A stretch of 64,000 nucleotides of DNA, taken from Paramoeba atlantica (Eukaryota > Protista > Discosea). The notes below the pieces were generated by a model, which was given only the letters and a program-made list of their open reading frames with translations, ran no database searches and was not told where the DNA came from. The position numbers and the translations under genes are program-made. Positions 20,824 to 32,427 of this stretch are shown in pieces. Each line of letters starts with the position of its first letter. The stretch's first letter is position 1. The stretch lies in contig CDRNVI010000099.1 of assembly GCA_977017575.1 (NCBI GenBank), positions 188,586 to 252,585 on the forward strand. Direction: 5' to 3'.

Positions 20824-21189
20824 TAGTCGATCATTCTACAAAAGTAAAGATTAATCGTTCAGTCGAAAGGTGGTGAATGCTTGTTACATCAAAAGTCTCA
20901 GATCATGATAACATAGTATCCATCATGAAGGAATTGTCTCACCAATGCCTCGCCATTGAGAGTTTTAGTACAATGTATTCTTCACGCTCTAAAAAATATT
21001 TTGGAACAGCATTAAAAATTATAAAATGATATAATTATATTGCTCCCATTTGACACGCACTCCCTTTATCATTCCTTGTTTGTCCGCCACAAGGGGTTTA
21101 TAGCGGGAAAGCGTCCCAGAGGAACGCACCAATCAAATTAAGATTCTCTCAATCAATAGACACTTTGCTAGCGTAATTCGCCTTTCACT

Positions 21190-21570
21190 CCGTTCCATTC
21201 CTCGGGTGGGTTGGCCTCATTCCAGCTGGGGTGTTTGTCTGCGATGAAATTAACTAATTGCGCTAAAAGGAATTCATGTGGTATATGGGGGTCCCGGAAA
21301 TGTAGAGGGATCAAGATTCGCCAAACTTTGTTAGATAGGAGCACCGCATTCGAGAGCTCTCGCAGTGTTACGTGTCATATGCTATTGTGTACGACAAATG
21401 ACCCGAAATGCTGGGTGTTTCCCAGATTAAATATCCCAGAAGATTCATTCCGGCCCAATCAAGTAAAGAGACTTAAATACAGCAAATGCACTTGACTCCT
21501 TGCCAAAGATCTGGCGGGTTGGATTCCTTCCAGGTGGGACGGAGCCGCTCAATGGTGACCCTTCTAACGA
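21190..21570 (-). pseudogene. Decayed LRR family gene (5' part)
   Basis: IERLRPTWKESNPPDLWQGVKC and DWAGMNLLGYLIWE match the family N-cap. Stops and frameshifts are present. Confidence 0.45.
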
Positions 21571-22115
21571 ATCGATCTAAGTGAATTTCATGCGGCAGAT
21601 TCGTACTACATACCTTCCGCGGAGAAGAGCGTGTCGCGTTCTTTTCATAAAAATATACACGTATGAATAGAGCACGTAGAAAAGAATGTGAAGTTGAACA
21701 AGAGTTTCAGTAAGTACAGTAAGTAAAATCAAAAAGTACAGCAAGTACAGTAAGTAAAATAGGCGTTTCTAGAACTTAAAAGAGTAAATCTTTAAATTTT
21801 TTTTATCGTGCGACAACACTAATGAATAGAGAATTGCATGTAGACAGGCGCGTGCATGAAACGACTTTTTCTCAAACCTTGGTGGAATCTTGCTTTTACA
21901 CACACCCGTGTCATGCATGCATGCATGCATGTACGTATAATCTACACGTGCGACGCGTTACAAGGAAACCCTTGACCCATAAAGTAACTTTTCTGCACTC
22001 CAGTGCCTTCCTTCGGAGGCAGTTCAAAGAAGTTTCTTCAGTCTTCCTCATTCCTCCCCGCAGTCCCCCCTTTTTACCCCTTTCTCCCCCCTTCCCTCCC
22101 CCCCCCCCCTTCCCC

Positions 22116-25100
22116 TCACATCTCCCCCACCCTCACCCTCGGCCATATACTCATCGCCATCAACTCCTGAAACAGCAACTTACACGCGTACGGCATCATC
22201 ACCCCCACCACCCGATTCACCACCCCACAGGCCCGACAGCTGTACACCACCCCCCTCCCTCCTCCCCCCCCCGTCCCCCCCTCCACCCGCACACTCTCCG
22301 GCGACACCATCCCACACCCCTCACACACCAGCACCCGGTAGTGGTCACTCACGTGGAACAGCCGCTCCTTCAGCCACCCACTCGCCCCGTGCGCAATCAT
22401 GCAGTCCCGTTCCATCTCCCCGAACCGCAGCCCCCCGAGCGCGGCCCGCCCCTCCGGGGGCTGCCGGGTTAAGGCCATTAACCGTCCCCGGGCTCTTGCA
22501 TGGATTTTATCCATCGCAATATGTTTTAACCGTTGGTAGTAGGTGGGACCGAAGAAGATTAACGCTTCTAACGGGAGCCCGGTGTGTCCGTTATAGAGCT
22601 TCTCCTGACCCCACTTCTGGTACCCGCACTCCTGGAGCGCCCGGGCCACGTCCTGGACTACGGTGGGGACGAAGGCGGTGGCCTCGATTTCGTGACCCGT
22701 GGCTGCGCCCACTTTCCCGAATAAGGTCTCGATTAAGTGCGCCACGGTCATCCGGGACGGGATGGCATGGGGGTTCATAATAATATCGGGGGTGAGACCC
22801 GAGGCGGTGAAGGGCATGTCCTCGGGCCGGGTGGTGATCCCGATCGTGCCCTTCTGGCCGTGGCGGGAGCAGAACTTGTCCCCGACATTGGGGACACGGG
22901 GGGCACGGGTTTTGATTTTGTAGAGACGGTGGGGGCCAGCCAGCGGGGAGGTGGTCTCGGTGAGGAGAACGGCATCGATGGTGCCGTGTTCGGTGATCTT
23001 GGGGGCGGTGCTGTTGTCTTTTTTGGGGAAGGCGGCGGAGGGGTTTTCCAGTGGGTTCTCGGGGTTGGGTTCGGTTTTACCAAAGATGGCGTCGTTGCCG
23101 GTGACGACACTCCCGGGGATGGCGAGACCGTCGGTGTCAAGCAGGTTGTAGTTGAGATTGCGACGGAGACGGGCGGAGGTTTTGTCGGGTTTTTCGTAGG
23201 TCTCGTGGGAGCCGGGTTCGTCCTCGTAGACTTGGTAGCGTACGCTGCGGAAGAAGCCGCGGTCGATGGCGGCTTGGTTCATCACGACGGAGTCCTCCTG
23301 GTTGTACCCGCTGTAGCACATGATGGCGACAATGGCGTTGTGGCCCGCGGGGAGGTCGTTGCTGTGCATGTAGCTCATGGCCTGGGTGCGGCAGAGTGGT
23401 TTTTGGGGGTAGTAGAGGACGTGGGCGGTGGTGTCGAAGCGGAGATTGTAGTTGGAGGCGTAAATGCCCATGGCTTGTTTCCCCATGGCGCTTTGGTAGG
23501 TGTTTCGTGTGCCGGGGTTGTGGTCGGCAAAGGGAATAATGGAGGCGCAGATCCCGAGGATTAAACTGGGGTGAATCTCGCAGTGGGTGTAGGCGTTCTT
23601 CGCGAGCTCTGTGCGGGACATGGCGATCAGCGCGGTGTCCTCCTCCTCGACGTCTAGAAAGTCAATATAGGGGCCCTGGAGGAGAAGTGACCACAGGGAG
23701 TTTCCGGGGCTCCGCGCGGCAACTTGTTTGCACCGCTCCAAGGCGTATCGCGTTAGGCTCACCTCATGGTTGTGGACGACAAAAACGGGGCGCACGGGAC
23801 GGCCCGCATCGGTGCAAATACGCAGCTCCTTGTCTCGGATGTCGTGGACAATACTGAGGTAGTCCCCGCTGGCGTTCAGGGAGCTGGCGGCAGCGTGGGC
23901 CAGAGTGGTTTGATGAGGAGATCTTCCGGCTTGAAACCCACGCCCCGGTTCCCACGCGCTCTCTTGGATTCCCGACAACACGCGCGGAGCTGAGGTCAGG
24001 GCTCGGCTCTCTCTTCGCACCCGTTTCATCTTCTCTACAAGAGGAAACACGTCGTGGTGGGTACCAATCCAGCGCCCGTTAACAAACACACGAAACCCCT
24101 CCTCGGAGTGGCTCATATTGAGCTCCTCGAGGGGCTCTACCCCCGCTTGCTCGAGCCAACGAATCACGCCTTGGGGGTCTGCCGCCCCTACGCTACATAG
24201 ACTCAACAACGCGAGGTTTTTCACCAGCCCACATTGCCCCCCTTCCGGGGTCTCGGCTGGACACAGCATCCCCCAGTGGGTACAATGCAACATACGGGGT
24301 TTGGTTTGCTTACTACTCGTGTCAATTGGCGTGTTAAGTCGTCGAAGATGAGATAGCGCAGAGGAGTAGGTCAAACGATTGAGCACTTGCGCGACTCCGG
24401 TTTTGCTCCCCTCGAGTTGTCCTTTGACACCCCAGTTTCCTGTGGCTAAGGCGTACGCCAAGTTCGCGGTAACGGCATTCGCTACGCAGCGCTCAAAAGC
24501 ATCCCGTAGATTCAGCTGAGCTCGCTTTTTCAGTTCCCGGTCCAGAAACGGTTTCAAACTTTTTTGCATCGCATGGGAGAGCACTGCACTTAGCAATTGC
24601 CCCAGCAATGCGCCCGCAGTGTCGATACGTTTGTTGCCGTAAAAATCACGATCATCTTGTTCCCGTCTTCCAAGCGCGACGAGCAACAGTTTATGAGCAA
24701 TATACCCGAGGTAGTACGACTTCCCGCGCTCACATCCAGGCTCTACCCCCATGTGCGGTAGAAACGTGGATTGGAGGAATTGCCGCCCTACCGCTTCCTG
24801 TTCCGCAGCCGGTCTCGTGGCTAAATCCGGGCGATACCGAAGCGCAATAAAGCGAACCGCCTGGGACGCACTCGGCAAATCTTTCGCCTCCTCGACGCTG
24901 GGCTGCAGTTTCTCCAACATTTCAAAATCTTCCAGGTTGTACGCGCAAAGTGTCATCCCCTCCTTATCACTTCCACACCCGAGGGCACGCATCAGCACAA
25001 AAAGAGGAATATCTTCGGCCAGCGCTTTATGAAAAACCCGCAATGTGCCAATTTCCGCCATGAGCTTTAATTTCACCGTACTCGGGGCACGATACGACCC

Positions 25101-25934
25101 TTCCATTGCACTTCGTATCTCCGCAATATGCGAAACCGTGTCCAATTTCCCCCGTGCGAAAACCATCACATGGTTACTGGCCTGTCGTTCCTGGGCGACC
25201 ATGACCTTCTCGGTCCCCTTCACGACAAAATACCCCCCCTGGTCATGGAGGCACTCCCGGGCCCATGGCATTTCACGCTCCGCTACTTTGGCTAAATTAC
25301 ACCACTGTGATTTCAACATCACCGGGACGCGACCGATATCGATTTTCGCATGCAAATGATCCGACAGTAACACAAACTCACTGTCGGGGGATTGTTGTGA
25401 AAAGCGTCGGACCCGGACATCGGCCATGATGGCCCCTGCGTAGGTCAGCCGACGCAGCCGACAATCCTGCGGGTACAGCAGCCGGGCCTCCTCCCCGCCC
25501 AACGGTAACGCGGTCTCATCTTGCGGCACGGCTCGGGTTAAATCTTTTAACTCGATGGAAACAAATTCGCGACAAAAACTGGAGGGGTCTTCGCCGGGGT
25601 GATTCGCGTTGGTGAGTTCGATTTCAATCGGTCGGGTCTCGCGCAAAATCCGGGGGAGCCCGACGAGCATGAAATGGTTGAAGCTGTCGAGCTGGGAGGA
25701 CACGAGGCCTTTCTCGGTGAAGAACGCGGTGACGACCTCCCAGAGCTGTTCCGGGGAGAGGTGGGAGGGGGTGGGGGGGAGGGTGGAAGGGGGAGCGGGG
25801 GAGAAGGGGGAGAAGGGGTCCTCCGGATGGGGGGTTGCGGCTTGGGAGGAGGAGGAGGTGGAGGAGAGCTCGGCGTCGTCGAGACTGAGCTCGTCGATGG
25901 CTTCAAGGGTGTCGATTTCGTCAGGAGCGGACAT
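22116..25934 (-). CDS. RPB2: RNA polymerase II second-largest subunit
   Basis: GLVSSQLDSFNHF, GGYFVVKGTEKV, LVKNLAL, GYNQEDS, GDKFCSRHGQKG, GGLRFGEMERDC and PYACKLLFQELMAM. Intronless, 1272 aa. Confidence 0.98.
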   Translation of the reverse strand: MSAPDEIDTLEAIDELSLDDAELSSTSSSSQAATPHPEDPFSPFSPAPPSTLPPTPSHLSPEQLWEVVTAFFTEKGLVSSQLDSFNHFMLVGLPRILRETRPIEIELTNANHPGEDPSSFCREFVSIELKDLTRAVPQDETALPLGGEEARLLYPQDCRLRRLTYAGAIMADVRVRRFSQQSPDSEFVLLSDHLHAKIDIGRVPVMLKSQWCNLAKVAEREMPWARECLHDQGGYFVVKGTEKVMVAQERQASNHVMVFARGKLDTVSHIAEIRSAMEGSYRAPSTVKLKLMAEIGTLRVFHKALAEDIPLFVLMRALGCGSDKEGMTLCAYNLEDFEMLEKLQPSVEEAKDLPSASQAVRFIALRYRPDLATRPAAEQEAVGRQFLQSTFLPHMGVEPGCERGKSYYLGYIAHKLLLVALGRREQDDRDFYGNKRIDTAGALLGQLLSAVLSHAMQKSLKPFLDRELKKRAQLNLRDAFERCVANAVTANLAYALATGNWGVKGQLEGSKTGVAQVLNRLTYSSALSHLRRLNTPIDTSSKQTKPRMLHCTHWGMLCPAETPEGGQCGLVKNLALLSLCSVGAADPQGVIRWLEQAGVEPLEELNMSHSEEGFRVFVNGRWIGTHHDVFPLVEKMKRVRRESRALTSAPRVLSGIQESAWEPGRGFQAGRSPHQTTLAHAAASSLNASGDYLSIVHDIRDKELRICTDAGRPVRPVFVVHNHEVSLTRYALERCKQVAARSPGNSLWSLLLQGPYIDFLDVEEEDTALIAMSRTELAKNAYTHCEIHPSLILGICASIIPFADHNPGTRNTYQSAMGKQAMGIYASNYNLRFDTTAHVLYYPQKPLCRTQAMSYMHSNDLPAGHNAIVAIMCYSGYNQEDSVVMNQAAIDRGFFRSVRYQVYEDEPGSHETYEKPDKTSARLRRNLNYNLLDTDGLAIPGSVVTGNDAIFGKTEPNPENPLENPSAAFPKKDNSTAPKITEHGTIDAVLLTETTSPLAGPHRLYKIKTRAPRVPNVGDKFCSRHGQKGTIGITTRPEDMPFTASGLTPDIIMNPHAIPSRMTVAHLIETLFGKVGAATGHEIEATAFVPTVVQDVARALQECGYQKWGQEKLYNGHTGLPLEALIFFGPTYYQRLKHIAMDKIHARARGRLMALTRQPPEGRAALGGLRFGEMERDCMIAHGASGWLKERLFHVSDHYRVLVCEGCGMVSPESVRVEGGTGGGGGRGVVYSCRACGVVNRVVGVMMPYACKLLFQELMAMSIWPRVRVGEM

Positions 25935-26337
25935 GGGGGTGGATGGGGTGTTGGTAGGGAATAATAAAGTGTCTAGGGATGAGGAATGTGGTGGGTTTTC
26001 GACTTACAATTCATACTTCATAGGTTTGGAGAAAAGTAATTAGGATTATCATAAGGGTGCAAATTTCCCCGTAGAAAACTTGACGTTTCCAGTGCCTTGG
26101 TTCTAAAAAACCCAAGAATTATGTATTGGAACGTGAAAAACGTTCGCCAATTTTATGAACAGAAAAGTAAGGAAAGGTTGCAAAGTAGCTGAGGATGACT
26201 TTTTAAATATCCAAAAACGTGAGAAAGCGCAAATATATAGAGCCTGAGTGATCATACGAAATTCAGAGCGATCTAGGTAACCTGGTTTCTAAGAATACAG
26301 TGTAGAAATGTATACAGCGACTTTACCAGCGCACCGT

Positions 26338-27849
26338 CTACTCCTTGTGCTTCCGATGTTTCTTCTTATGCTTGTCTTTGTCCCTGTGCTTGTCTTTCCT
26401 GTGCTTCTTGTCCTTGTGTTTTCGCTTCTCCTTTTTATGATTCTTTCTGTCACTCTTCTCCTTTTTCGATATCTCCTTACGCTTCCTCTTCCGCTCTTTG
26501 CGCTCTGCCTCACTCTCCGAGTCTGAAGAACCCTCACTCCCCTCACTCTCCGACTCACTGGAGTTTGCAAAATCCCCGGAGCTTACATCACTGTCCTCGG
26601 TTTCCTCCTCCTCCTCACTGTCGGTTTCCTCCTCCCCTTCCTCATCGGTGATCAACCCCACGCCCCTTGCTTTCATCCACGCCATCACCCCAGAACCCTC
26701 AGCCTTATCGATGGCCCCAAACATCAATTTTTCACCCCGGTTCGTGACCAGCGTCACCGAAAAAGTTCGATTCAACGCCACCCCGCCCAACCCCTCCACC
26801 TTCCCCTCCTTGATTTCCTCATACCGCACATACACCGCGGGGCGATGCAAAAACAGTAGCGATTTGTCCAACAAGTAGACAAACCCGGTCTGGCCCTTAT
26901 GTACGGCCCGGACCGCGGGACAGTGACTTGCACTCCCCCCCGCTGCCCTCGGGCGAAACAAACTTTGTCCCAAAATCTTTTTTTGGGTCAGCCCTTTGAG
27001 CAGTTTCGCCACCACCTCATTCCGTGGCCCGCTCATCACGGGGGCCAACATCCCGGCGGAGGCGGGAAAGTGTTGTTGAATTTGTGAGGGGGTCAAATTC
27101 ACTTTTTGTGCGGTTGTGGAGGTCTTGGGTTGTGAGCCCTGGGCCTCCCCCCCCTCCCCCTCCCCACACACCTCCTCCTCATCAAACACAAACACCAGCA
27201 GTTTGTGTGCGGAGGCCCCGATGCGAATCGGGGAGGAGAGCGCCAGTATAAAGTACTTGCGCCCCCCGAGGGGGTGGGGGAGGAGAAACATACACTGCAG
27301 GGTGTGGATCGGGATCCCGTAGGTTTGGTTCTTTTTGGACTCCCGGAGCTGGAGAAGCGTAGGGGTTAGCGTCATGGAGAACACAGCGCTGGGGGCCGCG
27401 CAGGTGAGATCGGGGAGGGTCGCGAGAACGGGGGGGAGGGGGGAGGGGTCGTTGGGGGCGACATTGGAGCCTTCTACCGTGTCGGGAGGGGGAAGGGGAA
27501 GCGTGTGGGTAAGTAAATGTCCTTGAACGAGCTGGGTGAGGGTTTTGGCCCCATCCTTGTCGTCGGGATCGAGTCCTAAGGGTTTTGGGGGGATAGAGAG
27601 GCGAATTTCGTGGGGTTGGGCCTCGAAACGGGGTGCGTCGGAAGGGGTGGGGGATTCGGGGGAAGCGGCGGATTCGGAGGTCACGGATCCGAGTTGGAAG
27701 GTGACGTCGGTTTTGCTTTGCGTGCAGGAGAGAACCCGGGAGAGGGGGATTTGGAGTAAGGCGTGTTGGTCGTGCGCGTTCAACCGCACCGCGTGGTCGC
27801 CCAGTGAGATCTCACCCCAGGATTGACAAGAGAGTGAAGGGGTTGACAT
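26338..27849 (-). CDS. SSRP1: FACT complex subunit SSRP1/Pob3
   Basis: FILALSSPIRIG, EVVAKLLKGLTQKKI, GFVYLLDKSLLFLHRPAVYVRYEEI, RTFSVTL and F.AIDKAE, followed by an acidic then Lys/His-rich tail. Confidence 0.85.
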   Translation of the reverse strand: MSTPSLSCQSWGEISLGDHAVRLNAHDQHALLQIPLSRVLSCTQSKTDVTFQLGSVTSESAASPESPTPSDAPRFEAQPHEIRLSIPPKPLGLDPDDKDGAKTLTQLVQGHLLTHTLPLPPPDTVEGSNVAPNDPSPLPPVLATLPDLTCAAPSAVFSMTLTPTLLQLRESKKNQTYGIPIHTLQCMFLLPHPLGGRKYFILALSSPIRIGASAHKLLVFVFDEEEVCGEGEGGEAQGSQPKTSTTAQKVNLTPSQIQQHFPASAGMLAPVMSGPRNEVVAKLLKGLTQKKILGQSLFRPRAAGGSASHCPAVRAVHKGQTGFVYLLDKSLLFLHRPAVYVRYEEIKEGKVEGLGGVALNRTFSVTLVTNRGEKLMFGAIDKAEGSGVMAWMKARGVGLITDEEGEEETDSEEEEETEDSDVSSGDFANSSESESEGSEGSSDSESEAERKERKRKRKEISKKEKSDRKNHKKEKRKHKDKKHRKDKHRDKDKHKKKHRKHKE

Positions 27850-28256
27850 AGAGGGAAAGAGTAAGGGAATGCTATTTTGGTATTAGGGGAGGTATTGGAC
27901 TGAAATAGAATTATATGAAATTATAACTTGGAGATCAGAACCCAGAAATCCGTGGAGGCCGAACCGGGTGCGGTTAGCGTGATTAGTAAACTTTCATTTC
28001 ATACTGTGATTCGAAATTCAAGAAATTTCAAATCGTTCTGTGTAAATTTATTAGATTTTTAGAATATGTGAGCGAACCTAATTTTCGTCCCACCCCAAAA
28101 TTCGTTATTAGAACGAATCGCATTTCGTAGAACTTCTACTATAAAGAGTTTTAAAAATGCGCCAGTGCGTTGTTTTGTAAATATGAACCCCATTTTGTGA
28201 ACACCAAAGGACCTTTCTACCTCGCTTTCTCCGTCCATTGTTCCACAACGTTATTC

Positions 28257-28652
28257 GGTGGAATTGAACGAAGTTTGCACACTTTTTCAAAAAAAATAAA
28301 AACGATCTTTATTATTATTATTTTTTGCTTCTGTTGCTTGCAAAACATATAGTTTAGAAATTTTGCTAGTATCTTTGACCTTTTTACGTTCTTCAGGTAC
28401 GGATAAAATCATGGTCAATCACTTTGATGGTGGGTTTTGTTGTGAGTGTATTGAAATGAACTGTGTCACACGTCTTCCGTTTATTGAGGTTAAGTGAGGT
28501 TAAGCCCGCTGGTACGAGTTTTGTTGGATGTTGCATTGTTTTGTGCGGAAATCGTCTTGTCTGCATCATTTTGATTTTCTTTGGAATTTGTTGATATTTG
28601 GTCACTTTTAGAATTTTTATTACAAAGTGTGCAAACTTCGTTCAATCTGACC
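28257..28652 (+). mobile_element. Non-autonomous Merlin derivative (MITE)
   Basis: TIRs ggtggaattgaacgaagtttgcacac / gtgtgcaaacttcgttcaatctgacc. Perfect 8-bp TSD CGTTATTC at 28249-28256 and 28653-28660. Confidence 0.92.
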
Positions 28653-29027
28653 CGTTATTCATTGTTGTAGGACAAGCCTACAATTATTAGGCACCGCGAC
28701 AACTGTGTTAGATCATGAACCGATGGTGCAAACCAAAGTTTCCAGAGTCCCTTTCTCCGAATCTCGTTCGACAACGTAATTCCTAGTATTCGGACAATCT
28801 TTGATCGTGCACTTATGGAAGATTTGCTTCACTATGACCTTCCCCGCATACCACGGGTGGATCATGTGAGGTTTCGTCCTCATCGGAGGTATGTGGATGC
28901 AGAGAGCTCGGGTCCCAGGTGCAGAGAGCTCGATTGTCATGTGCAAGTGCACAGAGCGGGATGCGTAATCCCCATATCAGTTTCCAATAATAAAGGTAGA
29001 GGGGTGATTAAATGAGTACAAAAAATA

Positions 29028-29959
29028 AACCCCCGCTCACAAAAAGTGACCCCCCTCTTTTTTTCGTACAAATGTCCGTTTGAGCTGATTTTTGTTGCAT
29101 TTTGCAGATCTCAACACAATGACTTTGCGCGTGAAGAAATGAGACAAAAAGAAACGAATACGCACAATTTAGAGAAGAATTAACATTTTTTCACATTTTC
29201 GCCCTTCAATCTTATACACTCCTTAAGTCGAGAATCAAAACTCAATACTGTTTTGTCGATCACTTTTTGAGTTAAAGAAGACCATACTTTACGTACACAT
29301 CGGATAAGTGAAGGCTTGTCCGATGGCGTTTGTTCGTCTACCGCCTCTTGGACCATAGACCAGACGTTTTTTATGGGGGAAAGGTCGGGCGAGTTGGGGG
29401 GGCAGTTTCTTAGAACATCACTCATTCGATTCTCAATGTACTCTTTGGAGGCACGGGCAGTATGTGCCGTTGCCCCATCCTGTTGAAATACACTATTAGG
29501 TGGGAAATCTACCTGTTTTGATGTTTCTATGTACGTCTTGCTTGTAATAGATGTGTCATTTGGTAGAATAACCAAATACCTCCACCCACAGGACTCAAAG
29601 TGTATTCCCCGCTAGATTTTTTTTCGTTCAGATATTTTTTGATTATCCCTCTAGAGACGTTAAGATCACGGGATAATTGTTTTATCGGAACACCTTCTCC
29701 ATGTCTCATCTTCAAAAGAACCTTACCACTATCCGTAAGCGCCCCTTTTGGAAGCCGATATGGTGATTTGGTCACTTTTTGGAAAAAAAAGTTGAAAAGC
29801 CAATTATTTTTTTTGACTAAATTTTAGAATTTTAAAATGAGCTAAAAACAGCGGGAACGTGCAGATCTCGAAATTTTGAACGAAACAGTGGTATGATAAC
29901 CCACCCACGCCCCCATGTGCTAAAAATAAGGGGGGGTCACTTATTCGTGAGCGGGGGTT
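29028..29959 (-). mobile_element. Tc1/IS630-like transposon, internal deletion derivative
   Basis: TIRs aacccccgctcac..aagtgacccccc with TA TSD. N-terminal HTH ORF (29527-29775) and C-terminal VFQQDGATAH...NSPDLSPI(K)NVW ORF (29180-29575). The first catalytic D region is missing and the E is changed to K. Confidence 0.9.
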
Positions 29960-30342
29960 TATATTGTTGTCGCTAAACTTGTAAATTTCAATCCCAAGAA
30001 AAAAGTGATGCGGGCAAGAATCAAAAGGCATACAACTCGAAAACTGGAGGGAAAGAACAAAATTTGTAAAATTGAATCGCAAGAACATGTGATGCGGGCA
30101 AGAACCAAAGAGCATACAACTCGAAAACTTGAACTAAAGAGCAAAATTAGAAACTTTGAATCCCCCCCCAAAAAAATAAAGAGTATTATTACGACCATAC
30201 TCTGCAGACGGAGCAAAATGTTTTATCATAGAGATCTACATGTAGGTCAATCTATTTAGCAAAACGAAGTTAGTACTGAGAAAAAGACGTAGTAGGTAAT
30301 TTAGGTGATGAGAAAAAAAGCAAAAAAAATAGTTTCCGAAAA

Positions 30343-30539
30343 TTATTGAGACCAATTTATCGTATTCTCCTCCGAAACAGCATTCCAGCGTTCAGGCTTG
30401 CATATTTCGCCAGCCGGTCTACCTGGAGTGCTGGTGGGCATGCGACAAAGTAAATCCTGGTTATGACCTAAATAAAGTTGCTCTATACAGCGGGGCATGT
30501 GGGTCAAGTCAACAATCCCAGAAAATTTGTTGATTCCAA
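30343..30539 (-). pseudogene. 3' half of LRR gene split by the SL-headed element
   Basis: GINKFSGIVDLTHMPRCIEQLYLGHNQDL...* continues the LRR pattern of 31118-31861. Confidence 0.8.
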
Positions 30540-31123
30540 TTTTTTTTGATGTTCATGCGCTCGTTGGCGCAGAGATACAGCCCTTGATGCGACAGCCGAT
30601 ATCATCGGCACAATCCGTATTGACGGATGTCGCACCAAGGGGGTTTAGCTCGGACTCTGTCGGTAGAGGGGGTCCAGGCAACTCGCCCTCTCTTTACGCA
30701 GCCGGAGGGGCGCACTGCAACCGACTCGGTCCCAGTCGGTAGAGGTGGTCCAGGCAACTCACCACCTCTTTACGCAGCCGGAGGGGCGCACTGCAACCGA
30801 CCGCTGCCTCGCGATAAGACGAGGCAGAGCCACGCCCAGTGGTCCTCAAGGGAGGCCACCATGGCGCATGGCTCCCCGGGAAGAAAAGGGCGCGAAGGGA
30901 AGAAAGCCGGGGAGGGAAGAAAACCCACTCAAGGAGTGAGCCGGGGAGGGGTGATGGGGTGGAAGCGCGTCCCCTACTTCTCCGAGAAAGAGGGACAGTT
31001 TCGGCCTTAGTGCCGGCCGGCAACGGGCATATAAAACAGTAAGATTATGCCCGTTGCCGGGGAAAGAAAAGATGAACTAAAGGGAAAATGTACCAACAAG
31101 GTACAGAAACTGTATCTTTATGC
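30540..31123 (-). mobile_element. SL-RNA-headed, A8-tailed structured retroposon-like element, copy 2
   Basis: The minus strand starts gcataaagatacagtttctgtaccttgttggtacatttt and ends catgaacatcaaaaaaaa. It sits inside an LRR ORF. Confidence 0.82.
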
Positions 31124-31861
31124 TTGCAGGATCTGCAAGCTCGCTGGCAGAGCAGTTAAGTCGGGACATCCAGATAAATCGTTGCATCGAAGATCAAGCT
31201 TCTCCAGATGTGGCGGAAGATTTGTGAGGCAAATTTCACCCCTGAACGCGTTTTGGCCTAATATCAGTGCTTTCATGCTTTGAGGAAGGGAACTCAAATC
31301 TAATTCACCCTGAAAATTGTTTATGGTCAGGTCAAACACTTCTAAATTCAGTGGGAGTTCACGTAATGAAACAAGACCTCTCATGGCGTGCCTTTCTCCG
31401 CTGAATCTGAGCAATGTCTGCGGAAGATGTTGAAAATATATGATACCGCGTAAAATCTGGTTTTCATCACCATCCCAACATATTTCTACTATCTGACTGT
31501 TGTCGTTGCACTTTACACCAAACCATTCGCACGCTGGGGTGCTGGTACTCCAAGACTCGGGCAATCCAGATTCAACGTAACTCTGCTTCAACAGTACAGG
31601 GTGGTACGTGGTCTGTGGGACCCAGACGAAGTCTCTGCGAATCATCTCCAAATCTCGCACCAGTTGGGCCAATTTGTATTCTTCCGGTAGGGTAGCCTGG
31701 CTCACCTTTCCCGAACGTACCAAAGAGTGTCTGTGTGTCTGACTCGACGCGGATGGGTTTGGATTCGCCGCACTCCTAGACTCACATCTGTTTCCCGGAA
31801 CGTCGGAGGGGTCGTGCGAGAGTGACAAAAAAATTATCGAAGGGAATCGACGGATATCCAT
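31118..31861 (-). pseudogene. 5' part of LRR gene, truncated by the insertion
   Basis: GKVSQATLPEE..L, WSTSTPACEWFGVKC cap and LRR repeats. The TAA stop is supplied by the inserted element. Confidence 0.85.
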
Positions 31862-32427
31862 TAATGTTTAGAAAAACATGTAATAGTGAATCTATGGATG
31901 GAGGCAATAAAATACATGTAGACTATTTGTAACGCGAATACGCATTTCAAGTCGTCATGATGCATTCAATCTCCTCACTCTGATGGAGAGCTTACAAAGA
32001 TAATTAGAAAGGTAAATAGGAAAAAAGACGTTGTCAAAAACCATGAACAGTGTTTTTCAGCAGATCGCAGATGCGTTGAAACCATTTGAGTGGATATCCA
32101 TCTGCAAACTGAACCGTAGTAATGAGTTCAATTCATTTTGTGCTGTTGTCAAGAATACCATTCCATTACAACAATTCATTGAACTGTTTCTCGAACCGAC
32201 TAAGGGGACTCAAGGAAACCATCAGGCTTCGAGATGACACAGATCGCTCGAAAATATTCTCACACTTAGCTCATCCTTGGAGAACATATTTTTAACTTTC
32301 AAATATCCTATGAGTTCACTCATAGCAGATTTATGAATCATTTCCTTCAAGAAAGAATTGATAGGAAACTGAACAGGAAGGTGTGCTACATTGTGGACAC
32401 AGCATTCTCCACGAATGACAACTGAAC

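Noticed and set aside
21822-27826. Many Pro/Gly-rich ORFs overlapping RPB2 and SSRP1
   Set aside because: They are shadow frames of GC-skewed coding sequence with no independent motifs.
28700-29015. Coding-looking plus-strand stretch (LMEDLLHYDLPRIPRVDHVRF...)
   Set aside because: No start context, family motif or second copy in the window.
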